Of a DNA stretch of 64,000 bases, positions 1 to 9,217 are shown piece by piece. A program made the position numbers and the translations under genes. Source of the stretch: Candidatus Woesearchaeota archaeon (GTDB lineage: Archaea > Nanobdellota > Nanobdellia > Pacearchaeales > GW2011-AR1); contig CAZDXC010000002.1 in assembly GCA_964509675.1 (NCBI GenBank), positions 7,425 through 71,424 of the forward strand, written 5' to 3'. Numbering within the stretch: the stretch's first letter is position 1; the number at the start of each line of letters is the position of its first letter. A model generated the notes under the pieces. It saw only the letters and a list, made by a program, of their open reading frames with translations, was not told the origin of the DNA and did not search any database.

Positions 1-1258
1 TAACACATTGGGGGAATTCTCTTGTTAAAGTTCCTGAACTTGTTTTTCCAATATCACAGCTCTCTCCAAAGCATTCATAAGAAATTTGAGATTCCACAGG
101 ATTCAAATTTGTATCATGAGTTTTAACAGTTACAGGAGTGTTCTTGTAAGAACATAATTCAGAAGTTATTGTTCCTGCGGATGAATTTAATGCTGTTCTT
201 GGTTTATTTCCCTGTATTACTACTGCAACAGGGAATTGAAATATCTCTTCTTCATTAACAACCTGAATCAAAACAGGATATTTTACATTGTAAACAAAAT
301 GATACGGAACATAACAAAAACCCAAAATACCCAATCCAGGCTGGTTTCCAACAGGATTTGCAATCAAAAGAGAGCCATCAGAAGGCAGAACCTCAAAACT
401 ATTGCTCCAGTTTCTTGAATTGATAAATCTAACATCTCCGTTTGCATTAACAAAAAAGTATTTTTCTTCCTTTGTAGCAGGAGTTTTTGTGGAAAGAGCA
501 AGAGTATTTGTTTCTATTGCTTCCTGTAATTTATTAAAGACATCATTTGCATCCCAGACTTTTGGGCTGCAGGTAAGTTCAACACCGTCAACAGGCGCAT
601 ACAATCTTAAAGTATCAATTCCATAATTTTCCAAAAATAATTCTTTCTGTTCTTTTTGATAGACCGCCTTAGCAGAATTATACAATGCTCCCAAATTTGA
701 CTTAACAATAATCTGATGGTTTGTAACCAATGCTGTATCTTCCCCTTTTGTAATTCTCATGTTCATATTCAGCCTCACATTAACATTGTTATTTCTTATA
801 TCAATGCTTGTTTTTGGTTCTCCCTGAACTATTTCAAAGCCTTCATTATAATAATTTTCATAATTACACTCTCTTATTTTTTCATCGATAAAATTCCCCA
901 AACCTTTTTCCATGTCTTTTTCAGAAGGAACCTGTTCTTTCTGAACATTATTTCCAGAAACATAATACCAGTATGGGATAGGACTTCCAAAAGCATCTAA
1001 CTGAGATGAAAATGGCATGTATGCATTTCCTGGAGAGAATTCCGGCAGTTCAATGTAGCCTCCCTGGCTTTCTAAAACATCAATTCCTGTTTTGGTTTTA
1101 TCTTCCAGACATGATAAAAAACTATTATAAACAGGCTGTATGCTTGCAGGAACTTTTGTAATTCTTAAACCTCCCTTAAGAAATAAAAACCCAGCGACTC
1201 CTGCTACAATGACTATTGCAATTATAATAAAAATAGTCACCTGCCCCTTTTTATCCAT
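1..1258 (-). CDS. Large class III signal-peptide (pilin-like) secreted protein, partial; runs off the left edge of the window
   Basis: ATG at 1258 reads MDKKGQVTIFIIIAIVIVAGVAGFLFL (KKG|Q prepilin cleavage motif plus hydrophobic stretch). It is absent from the ORF track, presumably because its stop lies outside the window. Confidence 0.8.
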   Translation of the reverse strand, partial: MDKKGQVTIFIIIAIVIVAGVAGFLFLKGGLRITKVPASIQPVYNSFLSCLEDKTKTGIDVLESQGGYIELPEFSPGNAYMPFSSQLDAFGSPIPYWYYVSGNNVQKEQVPSEKDMEKGLGNFIDEKIRECNYENYYNEGFEIVQGEPKTSIDIRNNNVNVRLNMNMRITKGEDTALVTNHQIIVKSNLGALYNSAKAVYQKEQKELFLENYGIDTLRLYAPVDGVELTCSPKVWDANDVFNKLQEAIETNTLALSTKTPATKEEKYFFVNANGDVRFINSRNWSNSFEVLPSDGSLLIANPVGNQPGLGILGFCYVPYHFVYNVKYPVLIQVVNEEEIFQFPVAVVIQGNKPRTALNSSAGTITSELCSYKNTPVTVKTHDTNLNPVESQISYECFGESCDIGKTSSGTLTREFPQCV

Positions 1259-1293
1259 AAAGAAATAATGAAAATAACGTATATAAACTTTAT

Positions 1294-1512
1294 TTATCGA
1301 TAAGCAAATTTAGGCACTCTCCTCATTGACATCAGGCCTGCGATAATTATTAAAATTCCTCCTGCAACAGTTATATAATTTTTAATCGGATCAGCAAATC
1401 CTAAATTTATGAAATTAAATCCTAAATTTATGAAATATATTCCTAAAATTAAATGCACAAAGAACCAGATTATTTTGCTATTCCCCCTTCTGGTTTGTGC
1501 GCTCTTTTCCAT
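1294..1512 (-). CDS. Small membrane protein with two TM helices
   Basis: 72-aa ORF with two hydrophobic segments; TTTAAA promoter-like box about 25 nt upstream. Confidence 0.65.
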   Translation of the reverse strand: MEKSAQTRRGNSKIIWFFVHLILGIYFINLGFNFINLGFADPIKNYITVAGGILIIIAGLMSMRRVPKFAYR

Positions 1513-1578
1513 ATATAAAAATACAAAACAAACTTTTTAAATATTTCTTGCTAATTAAAAAAATTGAAAGAAAAATCA

Positions 1579-1721
1579 GGTCCCATAGTCCAATGGCTAA
1601 GACATGTCCTTGACGTTGTAGAGTTAAAATCTTTGATTTTACTCTGACAGTCAACTTCCTTTAAAGAAGCGATGTAAACATCAAGATGGACAAGACCCAG
1701 GTTCAATTCCTGGTGGGACCA
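1579..1721 (+). tRNA. tRNA-Val(GAC) with a 71-nt intron (1616-1686) at position 37/38
   Basis: GGTCCCA/TGGGACC acceptor stem, TGTCC/GGACA anticodon stem, GGTTCAATTCC T arm. Perfect bulge-helix-bulge: TTGA/TCAA helix, CGT and GAT bulges, TGT/ACA outer helix. Confidence 0.92.
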
Positions 1722-1810
1722 CTATGAAAATCCCAATTCTTAAGGGAATGCTTCATCCGCAGCAAAGCGAGGACTAACTTTAAAAACCCAATTTTTCTTT
1801 TCTAATTAGA

Positions 1811-2122
1811 ATGAAAATTCCAAAATCAACAAACAGACTTTGTCCATATTGTAGGAAAAAAACAGAACAAAAGATTAAGTTAGTGTCAACAGGAGCAAAG
1901 AGGGGAACTCTTACAAGGGGTTCTATTAGCAGGGCAAAAAAAAGAGGACTTGGAAGAGGGATAGGAAATAAAGGAAAATGGGGAAGTAAGCCTGCTGTAA
2001 GCAAATTCAAAAGAAAATCAAAAACAACTAAAAAAACAAATATAATGTATACGTGTTCAGTATGCGGAAAATCTAAATATCAAAAAAAAGGAAAAAGGTC
2101 AGGTAAAATATTGCAAGAATGA
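1811..2122 (+). CDS. rpl44e: 50S ribosomal protein L44e (eL42)
   Basis: MKIPK...CPYC...KTTKK...CSVC zinc-ribbon pattern. Confidence 0.93.
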   Translation: MKIPKSTNRLCPYCRKKTEQKIKLVSTGAKRGTLTRGSISRAKKRGLGRGIGNKGKWGSKPAVSKFKRKSKTTKKTNIMYTCSVCGKSKYQKKGKRSGKILQE

Positions 2123-2179
2123 TAATTCAATTAAATATCGGGCGAAGCGTATGCAACGAACGAAGTGAGTGGAATCGCA

Positions 2180-2719
2180 ATGGCACAAGCAAAAAAGAAA
2201 AAGAAATTTTTTAATGTTGAAATGCCTTTAATAGGAAAACAGACACAAATACAAGCTTATGAGCCTTCAGAGTTAGAAGGAAGATTTCTAAAATATGATT
2301 TAACAAGAATGCTTAAAGGAAAGAGCATGATGTTAACATCAAAAGTTAAGATAGAAAATGAAGAAGCAGTTGCATTTCCAAAAAAAATTATTCTTATGCC
2401 TTATTTTTTGAAAAGAATGATAAGAAAAGGAACAAACTATGTTGAAGACTCTTTTGTAACAGAATGCGCTGATGCTAAAGTAATTATAAAGCCTTTTTTG
2501 ATAACAAGAAGAAAAGTCTCAAGAGCAGTGAGAAAAGCTCTAAGAAATAAGGCAAGAGAAGAACTCATAAATTATGTCAAAGACAAAACTTCTGAAGAAT
2601 TATTTGATGAAATTTTAAAAAACCAGATTCAAAGGCCATTGAGTCAAAAACTAAAAAAGATTTATCCCTTATCATTATGCGAGATAAGAGTTTTGGAAGT
2701 TAAAGAAAAAAGACAATAA
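2180..2719 (+). CDS. rps3ae: 30S ribosomal protein S3Ae (eS1)
   Basis: LKRMIRKGTNYVED and KKIYPLSLCEIR motifs; ATG 2180 preferred over GTG 2165. Confidence 0.88.
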   Translation: MAQAKKKKKFFNVEMPLIGKQTQIQAYEPSELEGRFLKYDLTRMLKGKSMMLTSKVKIENEEAVAFPKKIILMPYFLKRMIRKGTNYVEDSFVTECADAKVIIKPFLITRRKVSRAVRKALRNKAREELINYVKDKTSEELFDEILKNQIQRPLSQKLKKIYPLSLCEIRVLEVKEKRQ

Positions 2720-2755
2720 GAAATCTTTTAAATCATTATTCTTTCCATTTATTAA

Positions 2756-2827
2756 GCCTCAGTAGCTCAGTAGCAGAGCATCTGCCTTGTAAGCAGAGGG
2801 TCGGGGGTGCGAATCCCTCCTGAGGCT
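2756..2827 (+). tRNA. tRNA-Thr(TGT)
   Basis: GCCTCAG/CTGAGGC acceptor stem; TCTGC-CT TGT AA-GCAGA anticodon arm; variant T loop GGTGCGAATCC. Confidence 0.9.
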
Positions 2828-2872
2828 TATCTTCTCAGAAAAAAATAAATAATCTTAATCCTTTAAAAAAAT

Positions 2873-3043
2873 ATGAAAAATAATGTAAAGTATATTTTAA
2901 ATTTTATAGTTTCAATTTTGGCAACATTAATAGTCCACTATCTTTTTATTTCAAAGATTAATCTACATCCAACAATACATGTATTAATATCACTAATAAT
3001 CTTTTGGATATTTTTAGCAATATTTAGTTTTTTAATAAAATAA
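2873..3043 (+). CDS. Small 56-aa membrane protein with two TM helices (below the ORF track cutoff)
   Basis: MKNNVKYILNFIVSILATLIVHYLFISKINLHPTIHVLISLIIFWIFLAIFSFLIK*. Confidence 0.5.
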   Translation: MKNNVKYILNFIVSILATLIVHYLFISKINLHPTIHVLISLIIFWIFLAIFSFLIK

Positions 3044-3069
3044 AGAAAAATCCCAATATCTAATAAAAG

Positions 3070-3621
3070 TTATTCCCCAACAATTTCTGCTTTTCCAGAA
3101 TCAATCAAAATCTTTGCAATTTCTTTTGGAATATTGGCAATCTGCCCTTTTTCAAAAGCTCCCATTTGTTCCCCATTAAGCCCCAAAAACTGTTCAACAT
3201 ATTCCTTAAAAACTACGAGTTCGTTTTTTTGTTCTTCTTGATTTCCATTCAAAATATCATTTAATTTCCTGTCTGATAAGTCAATAGATTTCATCAAATC
3301 CTCAAAAAGAACTTTCTCAAAGAGGAGCATATTTTCAAAATCCTGTTTTGAAATCCCTGTTTCTGTGGCAATTAAAACAAGATTCAAAATCTTTTTTTTC
3401 CTTCTTAATATCAATTCCTTAAAAAGAGTTATTGCATTTTCCAGCTGTTTCTTTGTTTTAATTATTACATCAGAAAAAACATCATTCTCCTTTGAAGCAA
3501 TGTCTTTTTTTTCTTTAAGATAATCAGAAACCTCACTTACAAAATTTTTAGGCAATTGTTGCAGTTGTTCAGAGTATCTCTCTTTTCTGGCAGCCTCATA
3601 AATATCATTATAAGTTATCAT
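3070..3621 (-). CDS. GINS complex subunit (Gins51/Gins15 type)
   Basis: MITYNDIYE..RKE...LQQLPKNF, RRKKKI, and a C-terminal B domain (G.F..G.IANIP..IAKILI..GKAE). Confidence 0.85.
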   Translation of the reverse strand: MITYNDIYEAARKERYSEQLQQLPKNFVSEVSDYLKEKKDIASKENDVFSDVIIKTKKQLENAITLFKELILRRKKKILNLVLIATETGISKQDFENMLLFEKVLFEDLMKSIDLSDRKLNDILNGNQEEQKNELVVFKEYVEQFLGLNGEQMGAFEKGQIANIPKEIAKILIDSGKAEIVGE

Positions 3622-3732
3622 ATAAAAATTAGTGGATTTCAATTTTTAATAATTATTATGATAGAAAAATGGCCTTTATAAATCAAGTCTTCTTGACACC
3701 AAGAAAAAAATTATAAAGAAAGAATCTCATAA

Positions 3733-4371
3733 ATGTGTATGATTAAAAGAAGTAAAAGATTGTTGAGAAATTTTCTAAAAGATATAAAATATGGTGGAAG
3801 ATTCTTGGGGGGGGGAGTTCCTTCAAAATATGAACATTGTTACAATATGGCCAATAGTGATTATGATATTCTATCAGCAATTTTTAAAATTGCAAATATA
3901 AAAAAATCAAATATTGTAGTGGATGTGGGGTGCGGAAAAGGAAGAGTAATAAATTGGCTTTTGGATAATAATTTTGAAAACAAAATATACGGAATAGAAA
4001 TAGATGAAAAGATAGCAGAAGAAACAAAGAATAGATTAAAACATTATAAAAATGTTGAGATAATAACCGGGAAGGCTGAATTAAATATACCTTCTGACGG
4101 AGAGGTTTTTTATCTTTATAATCCTTTTGATGAGATTATTCTTGGACAATTTATAAGTAAAATAATTAATATGTTTTATAGAAAAAAAGAAATAATAATT
4201 ATTTATTATAATCCGGCACATTTGGATATCTTAAAAAATAATAAAAAATTAGATGTAAAGTATTTCGATATTAAACAATATATGAAGAAAATGGACACAG
4301 CAAACACACAGAATTTTGCGATAATTAAGTTTAAAAATAATATTTTTTTAAATTTTCTAAATTCATCATAA
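3733..4371 (+). CDS. Class I SAM-dependent methyltransferase
   Basis: VDVGCGKGR motif I, YGIEID and FYLYNPF. Confidence 0.85.
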   Translation: MCMIKRSKRLLRNFLKDIKYGGRFLGGGVPSKYEHCYNMANSDYDILSAIFKIANIKKSNIVVDVGCGKGRVINWLLDNNFENKIYGIEIDEKIAEETKNRLKHYKNVEIITGKAELNIPSDGEVFYLYNPFDEIILGQFISKIINMFYRKKEIIIIYYNPAHLDILKNNKKLDVKYFDIKQYMKKMDTANTQNFAIIKFKNNIFLNFLNSS

Positions 4372-4379
4372 AAATTCTT

Positions 4380-4553
4380 TTATAATTCAATGCTTCTGCA
4401 CCAACTTCCTGCTCTTACATTAACAACGTTTCCTTCTATTTCACTTTTTAATTCTAAGGAGAAATTCCCGGAGGTATCTTGAACGGTATATATGTATATC
4501 CTCGTAGGCGTTACAGTTGTTCCTGCACTGGAACTAGTTGCACAGGATAGGAT
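4380..4553 (-). pseudogene. Start-less 3' gene fragment (C-terminus of a beta-rich, possibly extracellular or virion-type protein)
   Basis: Open frame ILSCATSSSAGTTVTPTRIYIYTVQDTSGNFSLELKSEIEGNVVNVRAGSWCRSIEL*, bounded upstream by TAA with no ATG. Confidence 0.4.
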
Positions 4554-4572
4554 TTAATTTTGTGCAAAGCCC

Positions 4573-5817
4573 CTATTTCAAAAACCCGACTTTTTCTAAG
4601 AGTTCTTTACCAAGAATTCTTCCTAATTTCCCTTTTCTTGCCTCACTCTCACAGAATTTTTTCTCTTTTGGAATTGAACCATTATAAAAAAGAACAGGGA
4701 CAGGGTCTGCTGAATGTGTTTTAAGGCTGCAGGGGGTAGAATGGTCGGCTGTTATAACGACCTTTATTTTATTCGGAGGAGCAAATTTTCTCAGAAAATT
4801 AAAAAAGGTTTTATCAATATATTCAAGCATATCTTTTTTTTCGATAGGCTTATTGTCATGCCCGGGAACATCTGGCTCTTTTATATGGACATAGGCATAA
4901 TCTGCACTTTTTCTGTTTTTCCATAAAACCCAGTTTGAAAATTTGCAGGCTTTTGCCAATCCATCACGCAAGTTCGCATATACATCCATTTTTTTTAATT
5001 TTGGGTAACTAAAAGAAAAAGTTTTCATTCCAGAAGATATTGAAAATCCTTTTTCAAGAGGCATATATGCAGCAGATACCCAGTTTTTATAGAGTTTTAA
5101 TTTTGGAGGCTCTATCCCTGCCCCCCTAACGAGAATAAAATTTGCAGGTTCCAATCCTCTTTTTCTTCTGTTTTGATTTACAGGATGATTATCAAGAACC
5201 TCAAAAGCTTTCTCTAAAAACTCATTTACAATATTCGCGGTATACTGAGAATTTTCTTCATCATCCAATGCACGACATGGAATTATCTTATTAGAAGTTT
5301 TAATTTGTCCTCCAAAATATTGTGTATCATTCCCTGAAATGTTATCTGAGAACCCTCCCTTAAACACTAAAACTCCCCTGTGTCCAATTGTTGACTTGAA
5401 AACAAAAGGACTAGGGATTTTTATTTTATTATTAAGAGCCTTGGACAATGTTTCTGCCTCTCCTGTCATAAGAGTTCTCCCTGCTCTTCTGTCAATGATG
5501 TTTCCTGATTTGTAAGAATCAATAGTTGCAAAATTAGCCCTCAAAGCCAAATCTCCCCTAACCAACTTTATATCTGCTCCCCTTGCCTCTAACTGTCCTC
5601 TTGTACTGGAAATTAATTCATTTCCAAATATAGAAACAACAGCCTCATCACTTTCAGGAACAAATCCTGGCTTTATTGGATACATATATCCGAGTTCTCC
5701 TCTTGTAGCCAAAAAATCAGCATTAGGCATATTCGCTGCTTCCAGAGAAGTTTTATTTCCCAATTGTTTATTAGGCAAACCACCCATGCCGTCTATTATT
5801 ACAAGAATACCTTTCAT
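4573..5817 (-). CDS. apgM: 2,3-bisphosphoglycerate-independent phosphoglycerate mutase, archaeal type
   Basis: IIDGMG, PESD, RANFAT, DRRAGR, D..GHD, TADHSTP and HSADPVP motifs. Confidence 0.93.
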   Translation of the reverse strand: MKGILVIIDGMGGLPNKQLGNKTSLEAANMPNADFLATRGELGYMYPIKPGFVPESDEAVVSIFGNELISSTRGQLEARGADIKLVRGDLALRANFATIDSYKSGNIIDRRAGRTLMTGEAETLSKALNNKIKIPSPFVFKSTIGHRGVLVFKGGFSDNISGNDTQYFGGQIKTSNKIIPCRALDDEENSQYTANIVNEFLEKAFEVLDNHPVNQNRRKRGLEPANFILVRGAGIEPPKLKLYKNWVSAAYMPLEKGFSISSGMKTFSFSYPKLKKMDVYANLRDGLAKACKFSNWVLWKNRKSADYAYVHIKEPDVPGHDNKPIEKKDMLEYIDKTFFNFLRKFAPPNKIKVVITADHSTPCSLKTHSADPVPVLFYNGSIPKEKKFCESEARKGKLGRILGKELLEKVGFLK

Positions 5818-5947
5818 TTGACAAACCTCTTTATCATATTTCCCGAAAGATAATCCTCTTTATAAAAATTTATATTTGCTAAGAAAACTTATAAATCTTG
5901 AAGGATTTATAAAGAAATAATAGCCAAAAACTGCAGGTAATTTTACT

Positions 5948-6985
5948 ATGTTTAAGTTTTTAAAAGAAAAAATAGAGAATTGGACAAAAAAAGTCACAAA
6001 AAAGGCAGAAGCAGAAGAAAAGGTAAAGGAAATTAAGATAGAAAAGAGAGAGAAAATCCAAAAATCAGAAATTAGAGAAGAAGCAGAACCAGGAACAGAA
6101 TCTTTCTTCAAAAAAATAACTTCAAAAATATCCAAGATAAAAATTTCTGATAAAGAATTTGAAATCTATAAAGAAGAATTAGAAATGCTTCTCTTAGAAA
6201 ATAATGTTGCCTTGGAAGTCGCAGAAAAAATAGTGCAGGATTTGAAAGAAAAAATTGTTGGAAAAGAATTTCTGAAAAAAGAAGCAGAAACAGAGATAAA
6301 AGAAGCATTCAAGGAAATAATCAGGAATATCTTAGTCACTCCTCCTGATTTAACAAAAGAAATAAGAGAAAAAAACACAGACCAATCTAAAAAACCTTAT
6401 GTGATATTGTTCTGCGGAATAAATGGCTCTGGAAAAACAACAACAATAGCAAAGGTAGCGGAAAATCTCAAATCAAGGGGAATTTCTTGTGTGATTGCTG
6501 CTGCAGACACATTCAGGGCAGCTTCTATTGAACAGATAAAAGAACACGGAGAAAAAGTGGGAGTGAAAGTTATCTCTCATGAATATGGCTCTGACCCTGC
6601 AAGTGTTGGTTTTGATGCAATAAAATATGCAGAAAAAAATTTCATTAATTGTGTGCTTATTGATACAGCAGGAAGAATGCACACCCAAAAAAACCTTTTA
6701 AGAGAAATGGAAAAAATAGAAAAGGTCTGTAAGCCTGATAAAAAAATATTTGTAGGAGAAAGCATAACAGGAAATGATTCTATAGAACAGGTAAGGAGTT
6801 TTGATTGGGCAATAGGAATAGATGCAATTATTTTAACAAAGGCGGACATTGATGAGAAAGGCGGAACAGCCTTATCAGTAGGATATGTAACAAAAAAGCC
6901 GATTCTTTATCTTGGAACAGGACAGGCTTATGATAAAATAGAGGTTTTTGATAAGGAAAAATTTATAAAAAGGCTTGGACTGTAA
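5948..6985 (+). CDS. ftsY: Signal recognition particle receptor FtsY
   Basis: GINGSGKTTTIAK, DTFRAA, DTAGR, TKADIDEKGG and GTGQ.Y. Confidence 0.97.
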   Translation: MFKFLKEKIENWTKKVTKKAEAEEKVKEIKIEKREKIQKSEIREEAEPGTESFFKKITSKISKIKISDKEFEIYKEELEMLLLENNVALEVAEKIVQDLKEKIVGKEFLKKEAETEIKEAFKEIIRNILVTPPDLTKEIREKNTDQSKKPYVILFCGINGSGKTTTIAKVAENLKSRGISCVIAAADTFRAASIEQIKEHGEKVGVKVISHEYGSDPASVGFDAIKYAEKNFINCVLIDTAGRMHTQKNLLREMEKIEKVCKPDKKIFVGESITGNDSIEQVRSFDWAIGIDAIILTKADIDEKGGTALSVGYVTKKPILYLGTGQAYDKIEVFDKEKFIKRLGL

Positions 6986-6991
6986 AGAGGC

Positions 6992-7195
6992 ATGAACTTA
7001 TTTCAAAAACTTGCAGAAGCAGGAAAAGAAACAAGAGAAGACCTAAGAGAAATATCAAGAAAATTCAGGGAAGCAGAAAGAAATTCTCCTTATTATGAAA
7101 ATAAAATTTTGAGAAATGAAGAATTCATAACAATGTTATTTGCTCCTCCAACCTATTATTTTTCAAATCTTTTCAGAAAAAAGGTTAGAAATTAA
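6992..7195 (+). CDS. Hypothetical protein
   Basis: 67-aa ORF directly after ftsY, preceded by AGAGGG. Confidence 0.55.
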   Translation: MNLFQKLAEAGKETREDLREISRKFREAERNSPYYENKILRNEEFITMLFAPPTYYFSNLFRKKVRN

Positions 7196-7545
7196 AACCT
7201 GTACAAATTCTTGGCTCTAATTTTTTGGGCTGAAAAAAAATTCTTGCAGAAATTTTTTGCTTTCTTAACATCAAATCTCTTGCAACTAAAAATATCAATG
7301 AATGCCCTATTGCCAAATTCATCCAGATGAACTGTTATTGAAGATGTCATTATAAATTGTATCATTGAATATCCCTCAAGACTTCCTTCTCCAAATCTCT
7401 TAATTATTGGCTCTCCAAAAGGAACCATATCTATTTCTTTGCAAATGCCTTTAGAAAATTCTTTCAACTTTTCCGGATTAGTCAAGAGAGAATTGTCACA
7501 TTCTCGAAGATCTATTGATAATGATTGTCCCCATATTTCCTCCAT
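7192..7545 (-). CDS. speD: S-adenosylmethionine decarboxylase proenzyme (SpeD/SpeH family, pyruvoyl-dependent)
   Basis: WG..L.IDL..C, GYS..Q.I.TSSIT.H and IDIFSCK.FD. Confidence 0.85.
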   Translation of the reverse strand: MEEIWGQSLSIDLRECDNSLLTNPEKLKEFSKGICKEIDMVPFGEPIIKRFGEGSLEGYSMIQFIMTSSITVHLDEFGNRAFIDIFSCKRFDVKKAKNFCKNFFSAQKIRAKNLYRF

Positions 7546-7630
7546 AACTAAATATCATAAAAAATTCATTTAAAAACCTTTTCCTATTACAAACCCAAAA
7601 TTTATTAACCTTAACTTTACTATTTTCTTT

Positions 7631-8998
7631 ATGCTGGAAAAACTTGGAGAAGTAATAAAAAAAGCCACTGACAGAATAGCCAATGCTCTTTTTCTTGACA
7701 AAAATTTAGTTGATTCTATAATCAGGGATTTGCAAAGGGCATTAATAGAAGCAGATGTAAATGTTTCCTTAGTAAAAGAATTAAGCGATAAAATAAAAAA
7801 ATCTGCCTTGGATGAAAGACTCAAGGGCATAGAGAAAAAAGAACATCTGATAAAACTTTTTCATGATGAATTATTGAAAATACTTGGAGAATACAAACCA
7901 TTAAAACTCAAACAAAAAAACAATATAATTCTTCTTCTTGGATTATATGGAAGCGGTAAGACAACAACAATAGCAAAATTAGGAAATTATTACTCAAAAA
8001 GAGGTTTTAAAGTTGCTATTGTTGGCTTGGATACTCACCGTCCTGCAGCACAGGAACAATTAAAACAACTAGCAGAAAAAAACAAGTTAAATTATTTCAT
8101 AGATGTTTCAGAGAAAGACCCTATAAAAATTTTAAAAAAATATGAAAAAAAATTAAAAAACTATAATTTAATTCTCGTGGATACTGCAGGAAGACATACT
8201 CTTGATAAAGATTTGATAAAAGAGATAAAAAAAATAGACAGGGAAATAAAACCAACAGAAAGCATTCTTGTAATTCCTGCAGATATAGGACAAGCTGCAA
8301 AAGTTCAATCACAGCAATTCAAAGATGCAGTGGATATTTCAGGAGTTATAATAACAAGAATGGATTCAACTGCAAAAGCAGGGGGGGCACTAACAGCCTG
8401 TGCAGAAACAAAGGCACCCATTTATTTTATAGGAACAGGGGAAAAAATAAATGATATCGAAGAATTCAATCCAAAATCTTTTCTCTCAAGGCTTTTGGGG
8501 ATGGGAGATCTGGAAACTCTTATTGAAAAAATAAAATCTGTAACAGAAGAAAAAGGCCATAAAAAAATCCAAAAGAATCTTGAAGAAGGAAAATTAACCT
8601 TAGATGATGTTATAGAACAAGTTAAGTCAATGAGTTCTCTTGGTGGACTTGACAAAATAAAATCCATGATTCCCGGGCTGTCAGGAATTAAGAAAAAAAT
8701 CCCTGAAAATATGCTTGAGAATCAGGAAGCAAAGGTTGCAAAATGGCAACATATTGTAAAATCTATGACTGCTGAAGAAAAAAATAATCCTGAAATGTTA
8801 GAGAAACAAACTTCCAGAATCGCAAGAGTTGCAAAAGGAGCAGGAGTTCCCACAAGTGATGTTCGTTCTTTATTAAAACAATACAAACTTCTCAATGACA
8901 TGATAAGATCAGGAACATCTGCAGATTTCTCTCAAGGCTTAAGCCAAAAACAAATGATGAAATTTGCAAAGAAGTTCGGAAAGAAGTTGAGGTTTTAG
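7631..8998 (+). CDS. srp54: Signal recognition particle protein SRP54
   Basis: LIEADVN, GSGKTTT, DTAGRH, TRMD.TAKAGG, SRLLGMGD and M-domain SMT.EE. Confidence 0.97.
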   Translation: MLEKLGEVIKKATDRIANALFLDKNLVDSIIRDLQRALIEADVNVSLVKELSDKIKKSALDERLKGIEKKEHLIKLFHDELLKILGEYKPLKLKQKNNIILLLGLYGSGKTTTIAKLGNYYSKRGFKVAIVGLDTHRPAAQEQLKQLAEKNKLNYFIDVSEKDPIKILKKYEKKLKNYNLILVDTAGRHTLDKDLIKEIKKIDREIKPTESILVIPADIGQAAKVQSQQFKDAVDISGVIITRMDSTAKAGGALTACAETKAPIYFIGTGEKINDIEEFNPKSFLSRLLGMGDLETLIEKIKSVTEEKGHKKIQKNLEEGKLTLDDVIEQVKSMSSLGGLDKIKSMIPGLSGIKKKIPENMLENQEAKVAKWQHIVKSMTAEEKNNPEMLEKQTSRIARVAKGAGVPTSDVRSLLKQYKLLNDMIRSGTSADFSQGLSQKQMMKFAKKFGKKLRF

Positions 8999-9217
8999 AT
9001 GGCAAAGATAACCTTTGATTTATTTTCAGCATTAGTTATAGGTACTTTATCAGCATTTGTATATTCTATGATATCTATAAATGTCACTAATCTATTACGT
9101 AAAATCAGAAAAGAGAATAATTTTGGGCTTCAATTATTTTTTTCATTTATTGCAGTCATTATATTTTTGCTTCTATTATTTTTATTTATTTTAATTACAA
9201 ATAGTATTTTAAAATGA
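8999..9217 (+). CDS. Small membrane protein
   Basis: Two hydrophobic helices; abuts srp54 and overlaps the bud32 start. Confidence 0.55.
   Translation: MAKITFDLFSALVIGTLSAFVYSMISINVTNLLRKIRKENNFGLQLFFSFIAVIIFLLLLFLFILITNSILK

Noticed and set aside
236..1000. Plus-strand ORFs 236-418, 402-626 and 716-1000
   Set aside because: They are antisense shadows of the long minus-strand pilin-like gene starting at 1258.
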